From assembly GCA_905234715.1 (NCBI GenBank), contig CAJOJI010000001.1, positions 8,582 through 72,581 on the forward strand: a stretch of 64,000 nucleotides of DNA. The letters are read 5' to 3'. Shown one piece after another: positions 9,062-19,098 of the stretch. Origin of the DNA: an uncultured Saccharofermentans sp. GTDB lineage: Bacteria; Bacillota; Clostridia; Saccharofermentanales; Saccharofermentanaceae. The notes beneath the pieces are model-generated. The model saw nothing but the letters and a program-made list of their open reading frames with translations. It was not told where the DNA came from and made no database searches. The stretch's first letter is position 1. Every line of letters begins with the position of its first letter. A program made the position numbers and the translations under genes.

Positions 9062-9820
9062 TTAACATTCTCCTTTTATCCTCTTTGCGATCTCGATAGC
9101 AATGTCAAATTTATCGAGCGAATGATTAGCCTCATGCAGTCCCTCGGGAGTGTAATCAGGCTGATCGACAACGTCGCCCGCAACCAGGAAATCGTACAGT
9201 TCAAAACCGTGATAATCACACACGGCCTGAACACCAGCAAGCTCCATTTCGACTGCTATGCAGCCTTCGTCCTTACGCTGCTTTACGAGATCTCTGGTTT
9301 CTCTGTAAAGTGCGTCGGTCGTCCAGACTTTTCCTTTGATGAAAGGAAGTCCTTTTTCATCAAATAGGCCTGCAAGGAAATCCGCATTCTTTATGTCGAT
9401 GTAGTCTGCAGGAGGCGCATAATGATAAGACATTCCTTCATCGCGGTAAGCTTGTGTCGGAATGATATATCTGCCGTTGATCTTATCAGGATCCAATGCT
9501 CCGCACGATCCGAACAGAATAAACTTATCCGAGCCTATCTTCCAGTTGGCTTCCATTACATCCGTAGATGCCAGGCAGGATCCTACTTCAGAAAGATAAA
9601 ATCCGAGCTTCATGCCGTCAACATCGATCAAGTGGATCGGCCTTATCAGATTGCATGAACGGAACTCCTCGATCTTTTCGTTGGGATAGGTATTGAGCAC
9701 CGTCTCGAATATCTCACGTGAGAATGTGATAACTGTTGTATCTACTATCTTTTTCTGCTCTCCGAAAAAAGAAGCCGGAGAGATTATCGCTTCACTGTTA
9801 TCAAAAGAATCGGTTATCAT
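9062..9820 (-). CDS. Nucleoside phosphorylase family protein
   Basis: FGSCGAL, RDEGMSYHY, WTTDALYRET and AVEMELAG motifs. Confidence 0.85.
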   Translation of the reverse strand: MITDSFDNSEAIISPASFFGEQKKIVDTTVITFSREIFETVLNTYPNEKIEEFRSCNLIRPIHLIDVDGMKLGFYLSEVGSCLASTDVMEANWKIGSDKFILFGSCGALDPDKINGRYIIPTQAYRDEGMSYHYAPPADYIDIKNADFLAGLFDEKGLPFIKGKVWTTDALYRETRDLVKQRKDEGCIAVEMELAGVQAVCDYHGFELYDFLVAGDVVDQPDYTPEGLHEANHSLDKFDIAIEIAKRIKGEC

Positions 9821-10308
9821 TTTTCTTTCCTCTCATCAGTCACGAAATGCCTTACAGTTTCAGAAGGGCATTTCAGTTCGCTTCTGAAAAACTCAGGGTA
9901 CATGGTTTTCTCTTCTTCAGGAGATACCCACACAAGATGCTCTTTGCATCCGTCTTCGGTAAAGTCGCTTGATACAGGTTCAAAATCTTCAGGAACTTTC
10001 ATATAGAAGAAATACGACACCTCATATATCAGCTTTCCCCTCCTTGAAAGCAAATCACCGTAGAAATAATTCTCGTGAATAAAGCCAAGTCTGTCGACTT
10101 CCATCTTAATTCCTGTCTCTTCGAATACTTCACGGATCACTGCTTCTTCCGCAGTCTCTCCGAAACGGATCCTGCCGCCCACTGAATAAAGATAGTCGAC
10201 ACGGCTGTTGCCGACCATCAGGAACTTCCCGTTTTTCAGAATAATCGCCCCTACCCTGATGTTGATAAAACCATCATCACAGGGGACTGTCATGTCAGTA
10301 TTTTTCAT
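9817..10308 (-). CDS. NUDIX hydrolase
   Basis: Nudix box GGRIRFGETAEEAVIREVFEETG. Confidence 0.9.
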   Translation of the reverse strand: MKNTDMTVPCDDGFINIRVGAIILKNGKFLMVGNSRVDYLYSVGGRIRFGETAEEAVIREVFEETGIKMEVDRLGFIHENYFYGDLLSRRGKLIYEVSYFFYMKVPEDFEPVSSDFTEDGCKEHLVWVSPEEEKTMYPEFFRSELKCPSETVRHFVTDERKEK

Positions 10309-10379
10309 ATTGAATTCCTATATCCTCTCTGAGCATCCTGGCTCAGATAATTAAGGATTATAACATAAGGATCCCGGAA

Positions 10380-11621
10380 TTAAGGTGCCTCAAATCCGGC
10401 AACATCACTTGCGCCTGAAGACACGACTTCATAAGGTATTCCGTTCTCTTTAAGAAGTGCAAGGAAAGCATCTGCTACAGACGTTCCTTCAAATCTCTGC
10501 TGGACTGAAAGAGAAATATTACCGCCTGCCGCACCTAAAAGGACCATAAGGCTGAAAGTGCATGGCGGATGGGTCCAGAATTCCTTCATGTATTCTCCGA
10601 TCGAAGGATACTTCCATTTTCCCGGATAACTTACCAGATAACTTATAAATCCTTCACCGCCGTTGAACATCGCCGTAAAGATATTTTTTCTTTCCTGCAA
10701 AGATGGTGTCGATGACATTATTCCTTTAACAACTGATGCATTTACTGCAAGTCCTGATGCTACCTGCTCTTCCCTGCTCTGAACGAATGTCTTGCCGCGG
10801 TAAACCGTGCCCTGCATTTCAAGAGGCATCGACTTTACTACAGGAGAATAATCGAAAACCGACATGCCGAGACAGTTATGGTTTGTAGCTTCAGCACCGA
10901 CCATGGGACGCGCATTGATGACATATGCGCTGACGATAGGCTTGGTCCTTTCAGGATATAAAGAATCGATTGTTTTACCCATCAGGAGTTCGACCATCGT
11001 GCCCGGAGTCGAATCGTTTTCGCGCACAAATTTCACGAAGGCATCTTCAGGGATTATTATGTCCCAGATCAGAGGTGATGACTTAGTAAGTCCGCCGTCA
11101 GTCTCCAATGTAAAAGCAGGAGAATATGCCGCATCAGGAGCAGGCACTTCTTCCATCGTGTCCTGCGGATCTGCCATCTCGGCAGCGATATCTGAAGATT
11201 CAAGTTCAGGTATTTCATCTATTCCGTAAAACATCCTGCAGTAGTTATAAAGGATCACCGCAAGCACTCTGTACATTCCGGTGCCGTCCGTAATGCCATG
11301 GAAGAAATCCAGATAAATGAAGTCTTCTTTATATGACACAGACCAGACGTGAAAATTGGTTTCTTCAGAATTCAGGATTACACGAGAATCACCTTCACGT
11401 ACCACTATCGGAAGATCGTTATCCGCATATTCATAGGAGTCGCCTGTGCATACGAGGCGCCCCATGAAATAAGGGAATCTTGAAGATGCAAAAGATACAG
11501 CAGAGAACAACACAACAGGATCGACATTATCTTTAAGTCTGACCTTGAACCTGACCGTGTAATCAACACCTGCGCCGATCGCACCGTAAACATGCATTGT
11601 ATCTCCGGTAGTGATCTTCAT
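10380..11621 (-). CDS. CoA-dependent acyltransferase / condensation-like protein
   Basis: FFHGITDGTG matches the HxxxDG motif; VINARP and SYPG segments; 413 aa. Confidence 0.55.
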   Translation of the reverse strand: MKITTGDTMHVYGAIGAGVDYTVRFKVRLKDNVDPVVLFSAVSFASSRFPYFMGRLVCTGDSYEYADNDLPIVVREGDSRVILNSEETNFHVWSVSYKEDFIYLDFFHGITDGTGMYRVLAVILYNYCRMFYGIDEIPELESSDIAAEMADPQDTMEEVPAPDAAYSPAFTLETDGGLTKSSPLIWDIIIPEDAFVKFVRENDSTPGTMVELLMGKTIDSLYPERTKPIVSAYVINARPMVGAEATNHNCLGMSVFDYSPVVKSMPLEMQGTVYRGKTFVQSREEQVASGLAVNASVVKGIMSSTPSLQERKNIFTAMFNGGEGFISYLVSYPGKWKYPSIGEYMKEFWTHPPCTFSLMVLLGAAGGNISLSVQQRFEGTSVADAFLALLKENGIPYEVVSSGASDVAGFEAP

Positions 11622-11673
11622 GCCGTGTTCACCTCGTTTGAAGAATTGCTGTTCTTATTATACTAAACGCTGT

Positions 11674-12489
11674 TTATGCTTTTGTGGCAGAGATGATGAA
11701 ATGAGGGCTGATGCCCATCATGGATTCTTCGTGTTCCGTGGTCCTTATTATCTTTAAAAGTCTCTCGCGCTTATCGTCATCTTTCCACTTCTCAGCAATA
11801 TCGGGAGTGATCCATGAACAGCCTTCGACAGCAGCACTCTCTGTTACCTTAAAACCTGCTTCGCTGATCTCATCTCTTAATCCGTCGATGGTGTGGAAAT
11901 ATGCATTTGAGATAAAGTAAGGATATTCCTTAGGTCTTATGTGTTCACCTGTTTCCATCTCGCGCATTATCATGTCCATATAAATGTCATCGCTGATGAA
12001 TTCGTTGGCAGTTCCGTAAACAGTCAGAGCCCATGTTGCCGAACTGAATTTTGATATTCCGGCAGCGATCAGAATGCCGTTATCCTTAAGCACACGGTAC
12101 GCCTCCGAAAGAACAGTCAGTCTGTCTTCCTTACTCATCAGATGATAAAGAGGTCCCATGAGAAGCACCATGTCTGCACTGTTGTCAGGCTTGTCAATTT
12201 TACGTGCGTCTCCTACTTCAGCTTCATACGGAACCGTCATGTGTTCTTTTGCATAATCGACAGCCGTGGGAGCAAGCTCGATAAGTGTTACTTCATGTCC
12301 CATGGAAGCAAGCCATTCGGCATACTTTCCGATGCCTCCGCCGATATCGTAGATCTTCATCTTGCCGTTAAGATATCTGCTGATAATTTCTTTGCTTCTC
12401 CAGAACTCAACAACACCGAGGCCTCTTTCAAGACGTCCTATCTCAGCGCCGTTGTTATAAAATTCATATACTTCATCTATTCTTTCCAT
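11674..12489 (-). CDS. Class I SAM-dependent methyltransferase
   Basis: IYDIGGGIG, GDAR, DMVLLMGPLYHL. Confidence 0.88.
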   Translation of the reverse strand: MERIDEVYEFYNNGAEIGRLERGLGVVEFWRSKEIISRYLNGKMKIYDIGGGIGKYAEWLASMGHEVTLIELAPTAVDYAKEHMTVPYEAEVGDARKIDKPDNSADMVLLMGPLYHLMSKEDRLTVLSEAYRVLKDNGILIAAGISKFSSATWALTVYGTANEFISDDIYMDMIMREMETGEHIRPKEYPYFISNAYFHTIDGLRDEISEAGFKVTESAAVEGCSWITPDIAEKWKDDDKRERLLKIIRTTEHEESMMGISPHFIISATKA

Positions 12490-12503
12490 ATTCTTTTACT
12501 CCG

Positions 12504-13016
12504 TTAATCATTCAAGACCGAATCTATGGCCTGTTCGTAATCATCTTCTATCAATGTGACTGCCTGACCGAACCGCTGTCGGAATGTTTGATTGTCAGCT
12601 TTAATGCTTTCCATTGTGCAGTCATCATAAAGTCTCTTCTCGACAACAGACTCTTTATCCTTTATGTCGTCGAAATGCTTTTCGATGTAATCATCTGAAA
12701 ATGCGAGACAGATAAACCTTATAGATGATTGATATTGATCGTCAAAATCCTGCTGCCAGTTGTGCGGAACATAGCATCCTTCAATGATCATGTCCTGGCC
12801 ATTCTCGATCGCGGTCTTGATCATCTCTCTTACGACGGGCCAGAGGTAATCTGTAAGCTTGTCATCATCCATGGGAGTAAGATCAGTCATGCCGCTTCTT
12901 ATGAGGCCCATCTTCAGGTGGTCTATGGACATGCAGGGATAGTTATATTTCCCGATCAGCTTCTTAGCGAGAAATGTCTTTCCTGTATGTGTTGCACCTG
13001 TAATCAGTATGATCAT
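12504..13016 (-). CDS. P-loop kinase-like / AAA family protein
   Basis: Walker A GATHTGKT and IIEG motif. Confidence 0.7.
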   Translation of the reverse strand: MIILITGATHTGKTFLAKKLIGKYNYPCMSIDHLKMGLIRSGMTDLTPMDDDKLTDYLWPVVREMIKTAIENGQDMIIEGCYVPHNWQQDFDDQYQSSIRFICLAFSDDYIEKHFDDIKDKESVVEKRLYDDCTMESIKADNQTFRQRFGQAVTLIEDDYEQAIDSVLND

Positions 13017-13047
13017 TTATTATCTCCATATGTCTTTAGCGAAAAGT

Positions 13048-13947
13048 TTACCCCCAAGATTCGATCGCTTCAACAGAGAGATCCACAAGATGTTCGCCTT
13101 CCACTCCGTCCATTGTATGTGTAGCTCCTTCGATAACGAAAAACTGCACATTCGGGAACGCAGCTAATGCAGGCTTGAAGAAATCGGGATCTTCTCCGAA
13201 GCTTCCCTCAGTTCCCGTGAATATGATCACAGGTATCTTGCATGTCTCAAGGATCGGATAGAGGTCTCTGTCTATCAGGACTTCATCTTCGAACCACATG
13301 ATTTCGGGAGCATAAAAACTCGGATCGACAAGTATAAGTCCTTTGATCTCATCCTGCCTGTAGGTTCCCGCGTAGCATACAACGATGCCGCCCATACTGT
13401 GTCCGTACAGATAGATATTCGAAGTATCAACTTCAGGAAGATATTCACATGAATCAATAACGGCGTACAGGTCTTTTATCTGGTCCACAACAAAGTTGCC
13501 CAGAAACGCCGGATCCTCACCTGACTCAGGACGCGTGCCATTCTGACAGAGAAATTCGATTACCGCAAAACCGTGCTCGCTGTAATGCTCGGCTTTATCC
13601 GAATATCTTCCGAGAGGCGCATATAATCCGCTGGTAATTATGATCGTCTTAAAAGGCCCCTGACCCTGGGGAACTGTAAGCCTGGCGTAGATCTCGCCTC
13701 CGTCGCGGTAGAAGATTACTTCCTTCGTTCTGCCTTCACTCTTTGAAACCGCAGGCATTAATATCGAATACTCGATGGGCGGGAATTCTTCCACCTTGAC
13801 CAGTCTTGTCTTGATTGGCTGTCTATCGGCATTTTCATTCATCACTTTACCGGGCTTTACAGGCTGCGGTTTTGAACACGAAGCCAGAAGGCAGGCGGTA
13901 ACTACTATCAATATCAGACACTTTATTCTTGATGATCTTTTTCTCAT
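13048..13947 (-). CDS. Alpha/beta hydrolase lipoprotein
   Basis: Lipobox LASC, nucleophile elbow GHSMGG, C-terminal GATH. Confidence 0.8.
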   Translation of the reverse strand: MRKRSSRIKCLILIVVTACLLASCSKPQPVKPGKVMNENADRQPIKTRLVKVEEFPPIEYSILMPAVSKSEGRTKEVIFYRDGGEIYARLTVPQGQGPFKTIIITSGLYAPLGRYSDKAEHYSEHGFAVIEFLCQNGTRPESGEDPAFLGNFVVDQIKDLYAVIDSCEYLPEVDTSNIYLYGHSMGGIVVCYAGTYRQDEIKGLILVDPSFYAPEIMWFEDEVLIDRDLYPILETCKIPVIIFTGTEGSFGEDPDFFKPALAAFPNVQFFVIEGATHTMDGVEGEHLVDLSVEAIESWG

Positions 13948-15071
13948 TACTTCATGATAACAAGCTCGTAATCACGTGTTCCGATTCCGATCTTCTCTCC
14001 GTGTTCAAGTGTTTCTTCCCACGAAACATTCGGATTGCTGTTGTGCCAGACATCACCGTGATCGTGGAAATGATCACTGTTCATATTATCACCTAACTGG
14101 CTGTTTCTGACAGGCTCGGCCTTCTGGCAGAGATCAACGCACGCCTGGTCCAGAGCAACCGGATCAAATGAAGCGAGCATTCCGATATCAGGAAGGATGG
14201 GCGCATCGTTCTCACCGTGGCAGTCGCAGTTCGGCGAAACATCCGTGATAAGACTTATGTGGAAGTTCGGTCTGCCGCTGATGACAGCTGCCGTATACTC
14301 GGCCATCTTTCTTCCAAGCATCGATGCTGCATCCCAGTTATCGTTTTCGATGGCATCGAATGCGCATGCTCCGATGCAGCGGCCGCATCCCTTACACTTA
14401 TCGGGATCGATCCTCGCTTTGCCGTTCTCGTAGATAAATGCGTCTGAACCGCATTCCTTAGAGCATCTTCTGCACCCTTTGCAGCGTTCGGTGATAACAT
14501 GGGGATGGCCGCTCTGATGTTGCTGCATCTTACCCGCACGGGAACCGCAACCCATGCCGATGTTCTTTATACAGCCGCCGAAGCCGGCCTGCTCATGTCC
14601 TTTGAAATGCGTAAGGGAGATAAAGATATCGGCATCCATTACGGCACGGCCGATGTAAGCTTCCTTGCAGTACTCACCATTGGGAACAGGAACGATTATG
14701 TCGTCAGTTCCTCTAAGTCCGTCAGCGATGATTATCTGGCATCCGGTAGTTATCGTGTTAAAACCGTTGATATTAGCGCAGTCCAGGTGTTCGAGCGCAT
14801 GCTTACGGCTTCCGGGATAAAGCGTATTGCAGTCGGTTAAAAAAGGCATTCCGCCGAGTTCTTTAACAACGTCAGCTACAGCCTTCGCATAATTGGGTCT
14901 TAAATATGCGAGATTTCCAAGTTCGCCGAAATGCATCTTGATCGCAACAAACTTGTTGTCCATATCGATAGACTGGATTCCCGCAAGCCTTATGAGCTTT
15001 TGAAGCTTGGCAGTAAGAGGCGTACCAAGACCCGTACGAAAATCAGTAAAATACACTTTTGATTTATCCAT
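13947..15071 (-). CDS. DUF362 domain protein with two 4Fe-4S ferredoxin motifs
   Basis: VAIKMHFGE, HFKGHE, KNIGMG, and two CxxCxxCxxxC motifs. Confidence 0.85.
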   Translation of the reverse strand: MDKSKVYFTDFRTGLGTPLTAKLQKLIRLAGIQSIDMDNKFVAIKMHFGELGNLAYLRPNYAKAVADVVKELGGMPFLTDCNTLYPGSRKHALEHLDCANINGFNTITTGCQIIIADGLRGTDDIIVPVPNGEYCKEAYIGRAVMDADIFISLTHFKGHEQAGFGGCIKNIGMGCGSRAGKMQQHQSGHPHVITERCKGCRRCSKECGSDAFIYENGKARIDPDKCKGCGRCIGACAFDAIENDNWDAASMLGRKMAEYTAAVISGRPNFHISLITDVSPNCDCHGENDAPILPDIGMLASFDPVALDQACVDLCQKAEPVRNSQLGDNMNSDHFHDHGDVWHNSNPNVSWEETLEHGEKIGIGTRDYELVIMK

Positions 15072-15176
15072 TTAGCACCTCCCGGCAATAATCAGACTAT
15101 CGTTCAGATAGAAAAATTATAGCATTTTGGAGGTGCAAAAATGAATTATATTACGGTCTTATCTGTTCAGTTCCTT

Positions 15177-15830
15177 TTATGTCTTTCTGTGCTTCTTGGA
15201 CATCCAAATACCGATTTCCTGAATGAGCATTACCATGATTATCAGTAATGCAACCGTGGTAAAGAGAACATCTTTCTGGTAGCTGTAATAGCCGTACTGC
15301 AGTGCAATTGCACCGAGTCCGCCACCTCCGATGACGCCTGCCATTGCAGAGTAACCGAGTACGGTTGCAACGTTGATGGCGCCGCCCTGAAGAAGTGAAG
15401 GTGTTGCTTCAGGAATGATGAAATGAAGTATCGTATAAAGAGGTGATGCACCCATTGATGTGGCGGCTTCAATAATTCCCGGCTGTACTTCATTAAGCGA
15501 TGATTCGACCATTCGCGCAACGATCGGGATAGCGCCTATCGTGAGAGGTACGATTGCAGCCGTGGTACCGATGGACTGGCCTACGATAAATCTCGTAAAC
15601 GGGATGAGGAGCACGAGGAGGATCAGGAACGGCAATGACCGAGTGATGTTTACGATGGCTCCGATAATGAAGTTGACGGGCCTGTTCTCGAGCAGACGTC
15701 CTTTTGATGTCGCATAGAGCAGGACGCCCAAAGGCATTCCGACCGCATATGAAAAAAGCGAAGCGAAGAATGTCATTACAAACGTCTCCCAGACACCTGT
15801 TATTATTGCTTCTCTGATGTAATCACTCAT
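15177..15830 (-). CDS. metI: Methionine ABC transporter permease MetI
   Basis: VNITRSLPFLILLV, ARMVESSL, YSAMAGVIGGGGLG. Confidence 0.93.
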   Translation of the reverse strand: MSDYIREAIITGVWETFVMTFFASLFSYAVGMPLGVLLYATSKGRLLENRPVNFIIGAIVNITRSLPFLILLVLLIPFTRFIVGQSIGTTAAIVPLTIGAIPIVARMVESSLNEVQPGIIEAATSMGASPLYTILHFIIPEATPSLLQGGAINVATVLGYSAMAGVIGGGGLGAIALQYGYYSYQKDVLFTTVALLIIMVMLIQEIGIWMSKKHRKT

Positions 15831-16830
15831 ATCTGTTTACCTCCGACACCGACAGGCCGCCCTTTCTGAAAAAGTCGATGACAGTCTTACGGTCCTTTTC
15901 AGATTCAGGCAGTTCGATGATCATCTGACCGTAACCGATGCCGCCGACGCTTCTCGTGTTCGCACTCAGGATGTTTACCTTAAGGCCTGTCTCCTCAACG
16001 AGATTTGCAATGAACGGCACGTTCGACTGTGTGCCGTCGAAAACGATTCTTACAAGCTGTCCGTTCTCATCAGAAGGATCGAAAGGATTGCTCGGGAATA
16101 CGAGTTTTTTCGCTGCTTTCGACCGGGGATTTGAAAAGACTTCCTTAACATCGCCTATCTCTGCAAGAGTACCGTCATCTATAATGGCAACACGGTCGCA
16201 GATCTTTTCCACAACACTCATCTCGTGCGTAATTATGACGATCGTCAGTTTTCTTTCTTCGTTGATCTTCTTCAAAAGATCCAGTATCTCGCCCGTTATC
16301 TTCGGATCAAGAGCGCTCGTTGCCTCATCGCACAAAAGCACTTTCGGATCTACTGCAAGCGCTCTTGCTATGGCAACTCTCTGCTTCTGACCGCCCGAAA
16401 GACGTGCGGGATATTCATTTGCCTTCTCAAGAAGACCAACGATCTCAAGCATCTGTTTTGCCTTTTCGCGTCTGATATTGCGCGGTGTTCCGATGATCTT
16501 CAAAGACTGCTCAACGTTCTGGATAACAGTGCGCTGGTTGATAAGATTGAAGCCCTGGAAGATCATGGAGATCGAATGTCTTACTTCTCGAAGTTCTTTG
16601 GGCTTAAGTGCAGCAAGATCATCTCCGTAGAAATTAACCGTACCCGAGCTGACTTCCTCAAGTCTGTTCAGCGTTCGTACAAGTGTTGATTTGCCTGCAC
16701 CGCTCATGCCGATTATGCCGAATATCTCACCTTCATTTATGGTAAGACTTACATCCTTGAGCGCAGTGAATTCCTTGCCGTCGTTCTTATAAGTCTTGTA
16801 TACGTTTTTTAATTCATATACGTTTTCCAT
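15823..16830 (-). CDS. metN: Methionine ABC transporter ATP-binding protein MetN
   Basis: GMSGAGKST, LSGGQKQRV, LCDEATSALDP, C-terminal NIL domain. Confidence 0.93.
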   Translation of the reverse strand: MENVYELKNVYKTYKNDGKEFTALKDVSLTINEGEIFGIIGMSGAGKSTLVRTLNRLEEVSSGTVNFYGDDLAALKPKELREVRHSISMIFQGFNLINQRTVIQNVEQSLKIIGTPRNIRREKAKQMLEIVGLLEKANEYPARLSGGQKQRVAIARALAVDPKVLLCDEATSALDPKITGEILDLLKKINEERKLTIVIITHEMSVVEKICDRVAIIDDGTLAEIGDVKEVFSNPRSKAAKKLVFPSNPFDPSDENGQLVRIVFDGTQSNVPFIANLVEETGLKVNILSANTRSVGGIGYGQMIIELPESEKDRKTVIDFFRKGGLSVSEVNRYE

Positions 16831-17745
16831 TTAATCGAATAATCCTTTGCTTAAATATCTGTCTCCTCTGTCAGGGAAAACAGTTACTATGTTTCCTTCA
16901 TCAATTTCTTCCGCAAGCTTAAGTGCTGCCGCAAGTGCCGCACCTGATGAAGAACCGGCAAGAATGCCTTCGTGCTTTGCGAGTTCTCTTGAAGCATTGA
17001 ATGCTTCATCGTCATTGATCTTTATGACCTTATCAACAAGCGTGATATCCATCGTATCTGCTATAAAGTCGTTGCCGATACCTTCGATGTTGTAATCGAA
17101 ATGTTCTCCTCCGCCGATCGTTGAACCGTAAGGATCTGCAAGAACTCCGACGATATCCGGGTTTTGCTCCTTGAGATACTTAACGACTCCGGAGAATGTT
17201 CCGCCGCTTCCTGCGCCTGCTACAAAGTAATTGATATTACCGTCAAGCTGTGAATAGATTTCAGGTCCTGTTGTCTCATAGTGAGCAAGAGGGTTAGCGG
17301 GATTTCTGAACTGTCTTAATGAAACAGAACCTGGAATGGTCTTAAGTATTTCTTCGGCTTTCTGCTCTGCTCCGAGCATTCCGCCTTCTCTTGATGTGTG
17401 AACGATTTCGGCACCCAATGCCTTCATGACTTTCTGCTTCTCGACTGAGAACTTTTCAGGCACCGTGAATATTACTCTGTATCCCTGGTTAAGCGCTGCA
17501 ACTGCGATTCCGATACCGGTATTGCCCGCTGTGGCATCAACGATCGTTCCGCCTTCTTTAAGTATTCCTCTCTTTCTTGCGTCATCGATCATGTAAACGC
17601 CTACACGGTCTTTTACGCTTCCTGCGGGGTTCATAAGTTCAAGTTTTGCATAGATATTTACTCCGGGCTTAATGCCCATATGGGAGATCTTAAGGATCGG
17701 AGTATTACCGATCATCTGTCTTACATTTTCATATACGTTATTCAT
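16831..17745 (-). CDS. mccA: PLP-dependent cysteine synthase family, MccA-like (O-acetylserine-dependent cystathionine beta-synthase)
   Basis: NPAGSVKDR, TAGNTGIG, FSVEKQ and GAGSGGTF; adjacent to an mccB-like gene. Confidence 0.75.
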   Translation of the reverse strand: MNNVYENVRQMIGNTPILKISHMGIKPGVNIYAKLELMNPAGSVKDRVGVYMIDDARKRGILKEGGTIVDATAGNTGIGIAVAALNQGYRVIFTVPEKFSVEKQKVMKALGAEIVHTSREGGMLGAEQKAEEILKTIPGSVSLRQFRNPANPLAHYETTGPEIYSQLDGNINYFVAGAGSGGTFSGVVKYLKEQNPDIVGVLADPYGSTIGGGEHFDYNIEGIGNDFIADTMDITLVDKVIKINDDEAFNASRELAKHEGILAGSSSGAALAAALKLAEEIDEGNIVTVFPDRGDRYLSKGLFD

Positions 17746-17755
17746 TTCATTTACC

Positions 17756-18910
17756 TCACGCCTTAACGGAATTCTCGATTGCCTGCTTCAGATCTGCGAT
17801 CAGATCATCAACATCTTCAATGCCTACTGAAAGTCTGATGAGTTCATCAACGATTCCTACTTCTTTTCTGATGTCAGCAGGGATTGCTGCATGTGTCATC
17901 GTTGCAGGATGGCATACGAGTGATTCAACGCCGCCCAAACTTTCTGCAAGAGTAATGAGCTGAAGCTTCTCGAAAAACAACTTGTAATCGTACTTGTCGT
18001 TAAGAACAAATGAGATCATTGCGCCGGCACCGTCAGCCTGCTTTTTCTGGATCTCATAACCCGGATCAGTCTTAAGACCGGGATAGTAAACCTTGCTTAC
18101 ATAACCGCTGTCCACGAGCCACTCAGCAACCTTCTGCGCATTCGCAACATGTCTGTCCATACGGACACCTAAAGTCTTGATACCTCTTATGATGAGGAAG
18201 CTGTCCCAGGGTGCAAGCACTCCGCCGATTGCATTCTGCAGATAGTAAAGTCTGTCCGCAAGCTGCTTGTCGTTTACTACCACGAAGCCTGAAATCGTAT
18301 CAGAGTGACCGCCGAGATATTTTGTTCCGCTGTGGATTACGATGTCTGCACCGAGCGTCAAAGGTCTCTGAAGATAAGGTGTAAGGAATGTGTTGTCTAC
18401 GATAACGAGCTTGTCGTGCTTCTTGCCGATCTTGGATACCGCTTCGATATCAGTGATCGTGAGAAGCGGGTTTGCAGGTGTCTCGATATAGATTGCTTTT
18501 ACATCATCGTCGATCGCATTTTCGACAGCTTCAAGATCGGATGTATCAACGATCTTGTATGTGATATTGAAGTTCTTGAAAACGTTGTCGAGGATACGGA
18601 ACGTACCACCGTAAATGTTATCCGAAACGATGAGCTTATCGCCTGATTTAAAGAGCGAGAGAACCGTGTTGATGGCAGCAAGTCCTGATGCGAATGCAAG
18701 ACCGTACTGTCCTTCTTCGAGATCTGCAATGAGCTTCTCGAGTGCTGCTCTGGTGGGGTTGCCAGTTCTCGAATATTCCCAACCTCTGTTTTTGCCTAGA
18801 CCGTCCTGCTTATATGTAGATGTCTGGTATACGGGAATGTTTACCGCACCTGTTGTCTCGTCTCCGTCAATACCGCCGTGTATAAGTAAAGAATTTCTTT
18901 TGTAACTCAT
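17756..18910 (-). CDS. mccB: Cystathionine gamma-lyase, MccB-like (Cys/Met metabolism PLP family)
   Basis: PVYQTSTY, EYSRTGNPTR, HSGTKYLGGHSD, LAESLGGVESL. Confidence 0.75.
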   Translation of the reverse strand: MSYKRNSLLIHGGIDGDETTGAVNIPVYQTSTYKQDGLGKNRGWEYSRTGNPTRAALEKLIADLEEGQYGLAFASGLAAINTVLSLFKSGDKLIVSDNIYGGTFRILDNVFKNFNITYKIVDTSDLEAVENAIDDDVKAIYIETPANPLLTITDIEAVSKIGKKHDKLVIVDNTFLTPYLQRPLTLGADIVIHSGTKYLGGHSDTISGFVVVNDKQLADRLYYLQNAIGGVLAPWDSFLIIRGIKTLGVRMDRHVANAQKVAEWLVDSGYVSKVYYPGLKTDPGYEIQKKQADGAGAMISFVLNDKYDYKLFFEKLQLITLAESLGGVESLVCHPATMTHAAIPADIRKEVGIVDELIRLSVGIEDVDDLIADLKQAIENSVKA

Positions 18911-18936
18911 TTTATTTTCCTTCTTTCGTAATTTGC

Positions 18937-18972
18937 AAAAATTAAGCCCGGGATGAGCGATCTTCCCGGGCT
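18937..18972 (-). terminator. Attenuator terminator upstream of mccB
   Basis: mRNA AGCCCGGGA-(10-nt loop)-UCCCGGGCU followed by UAAUUUUU. Confidence 0.85.
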
Positions 18973-18999
18973 GTTGGTGGTTGATGTTTTATATTGAAG

Positions 19000-19098
19000 T
19001 CAACATCGCACATCGTCAAGGCGCATGTTCATGCAGTCAAACGCCAAGGCCGATTCAGCCCCTGGAATATGCATTCGACAACACATGATCATTAACAT
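19000..19098 (-). CDS. Leader peptide B, 32 aa: MLMIMCCRMHIPGAESALAFDCMNMRLDDVRC
   Basis: GGAGG RBS 8 nt before ATG 19098. Shares MxMCCRM and RLxxxRC-stop with leader A. Confidence 0.87.
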   Translation of the reverse strand: MLMIMCCRMHIPGAESALAFDCMNMRLDDVRC

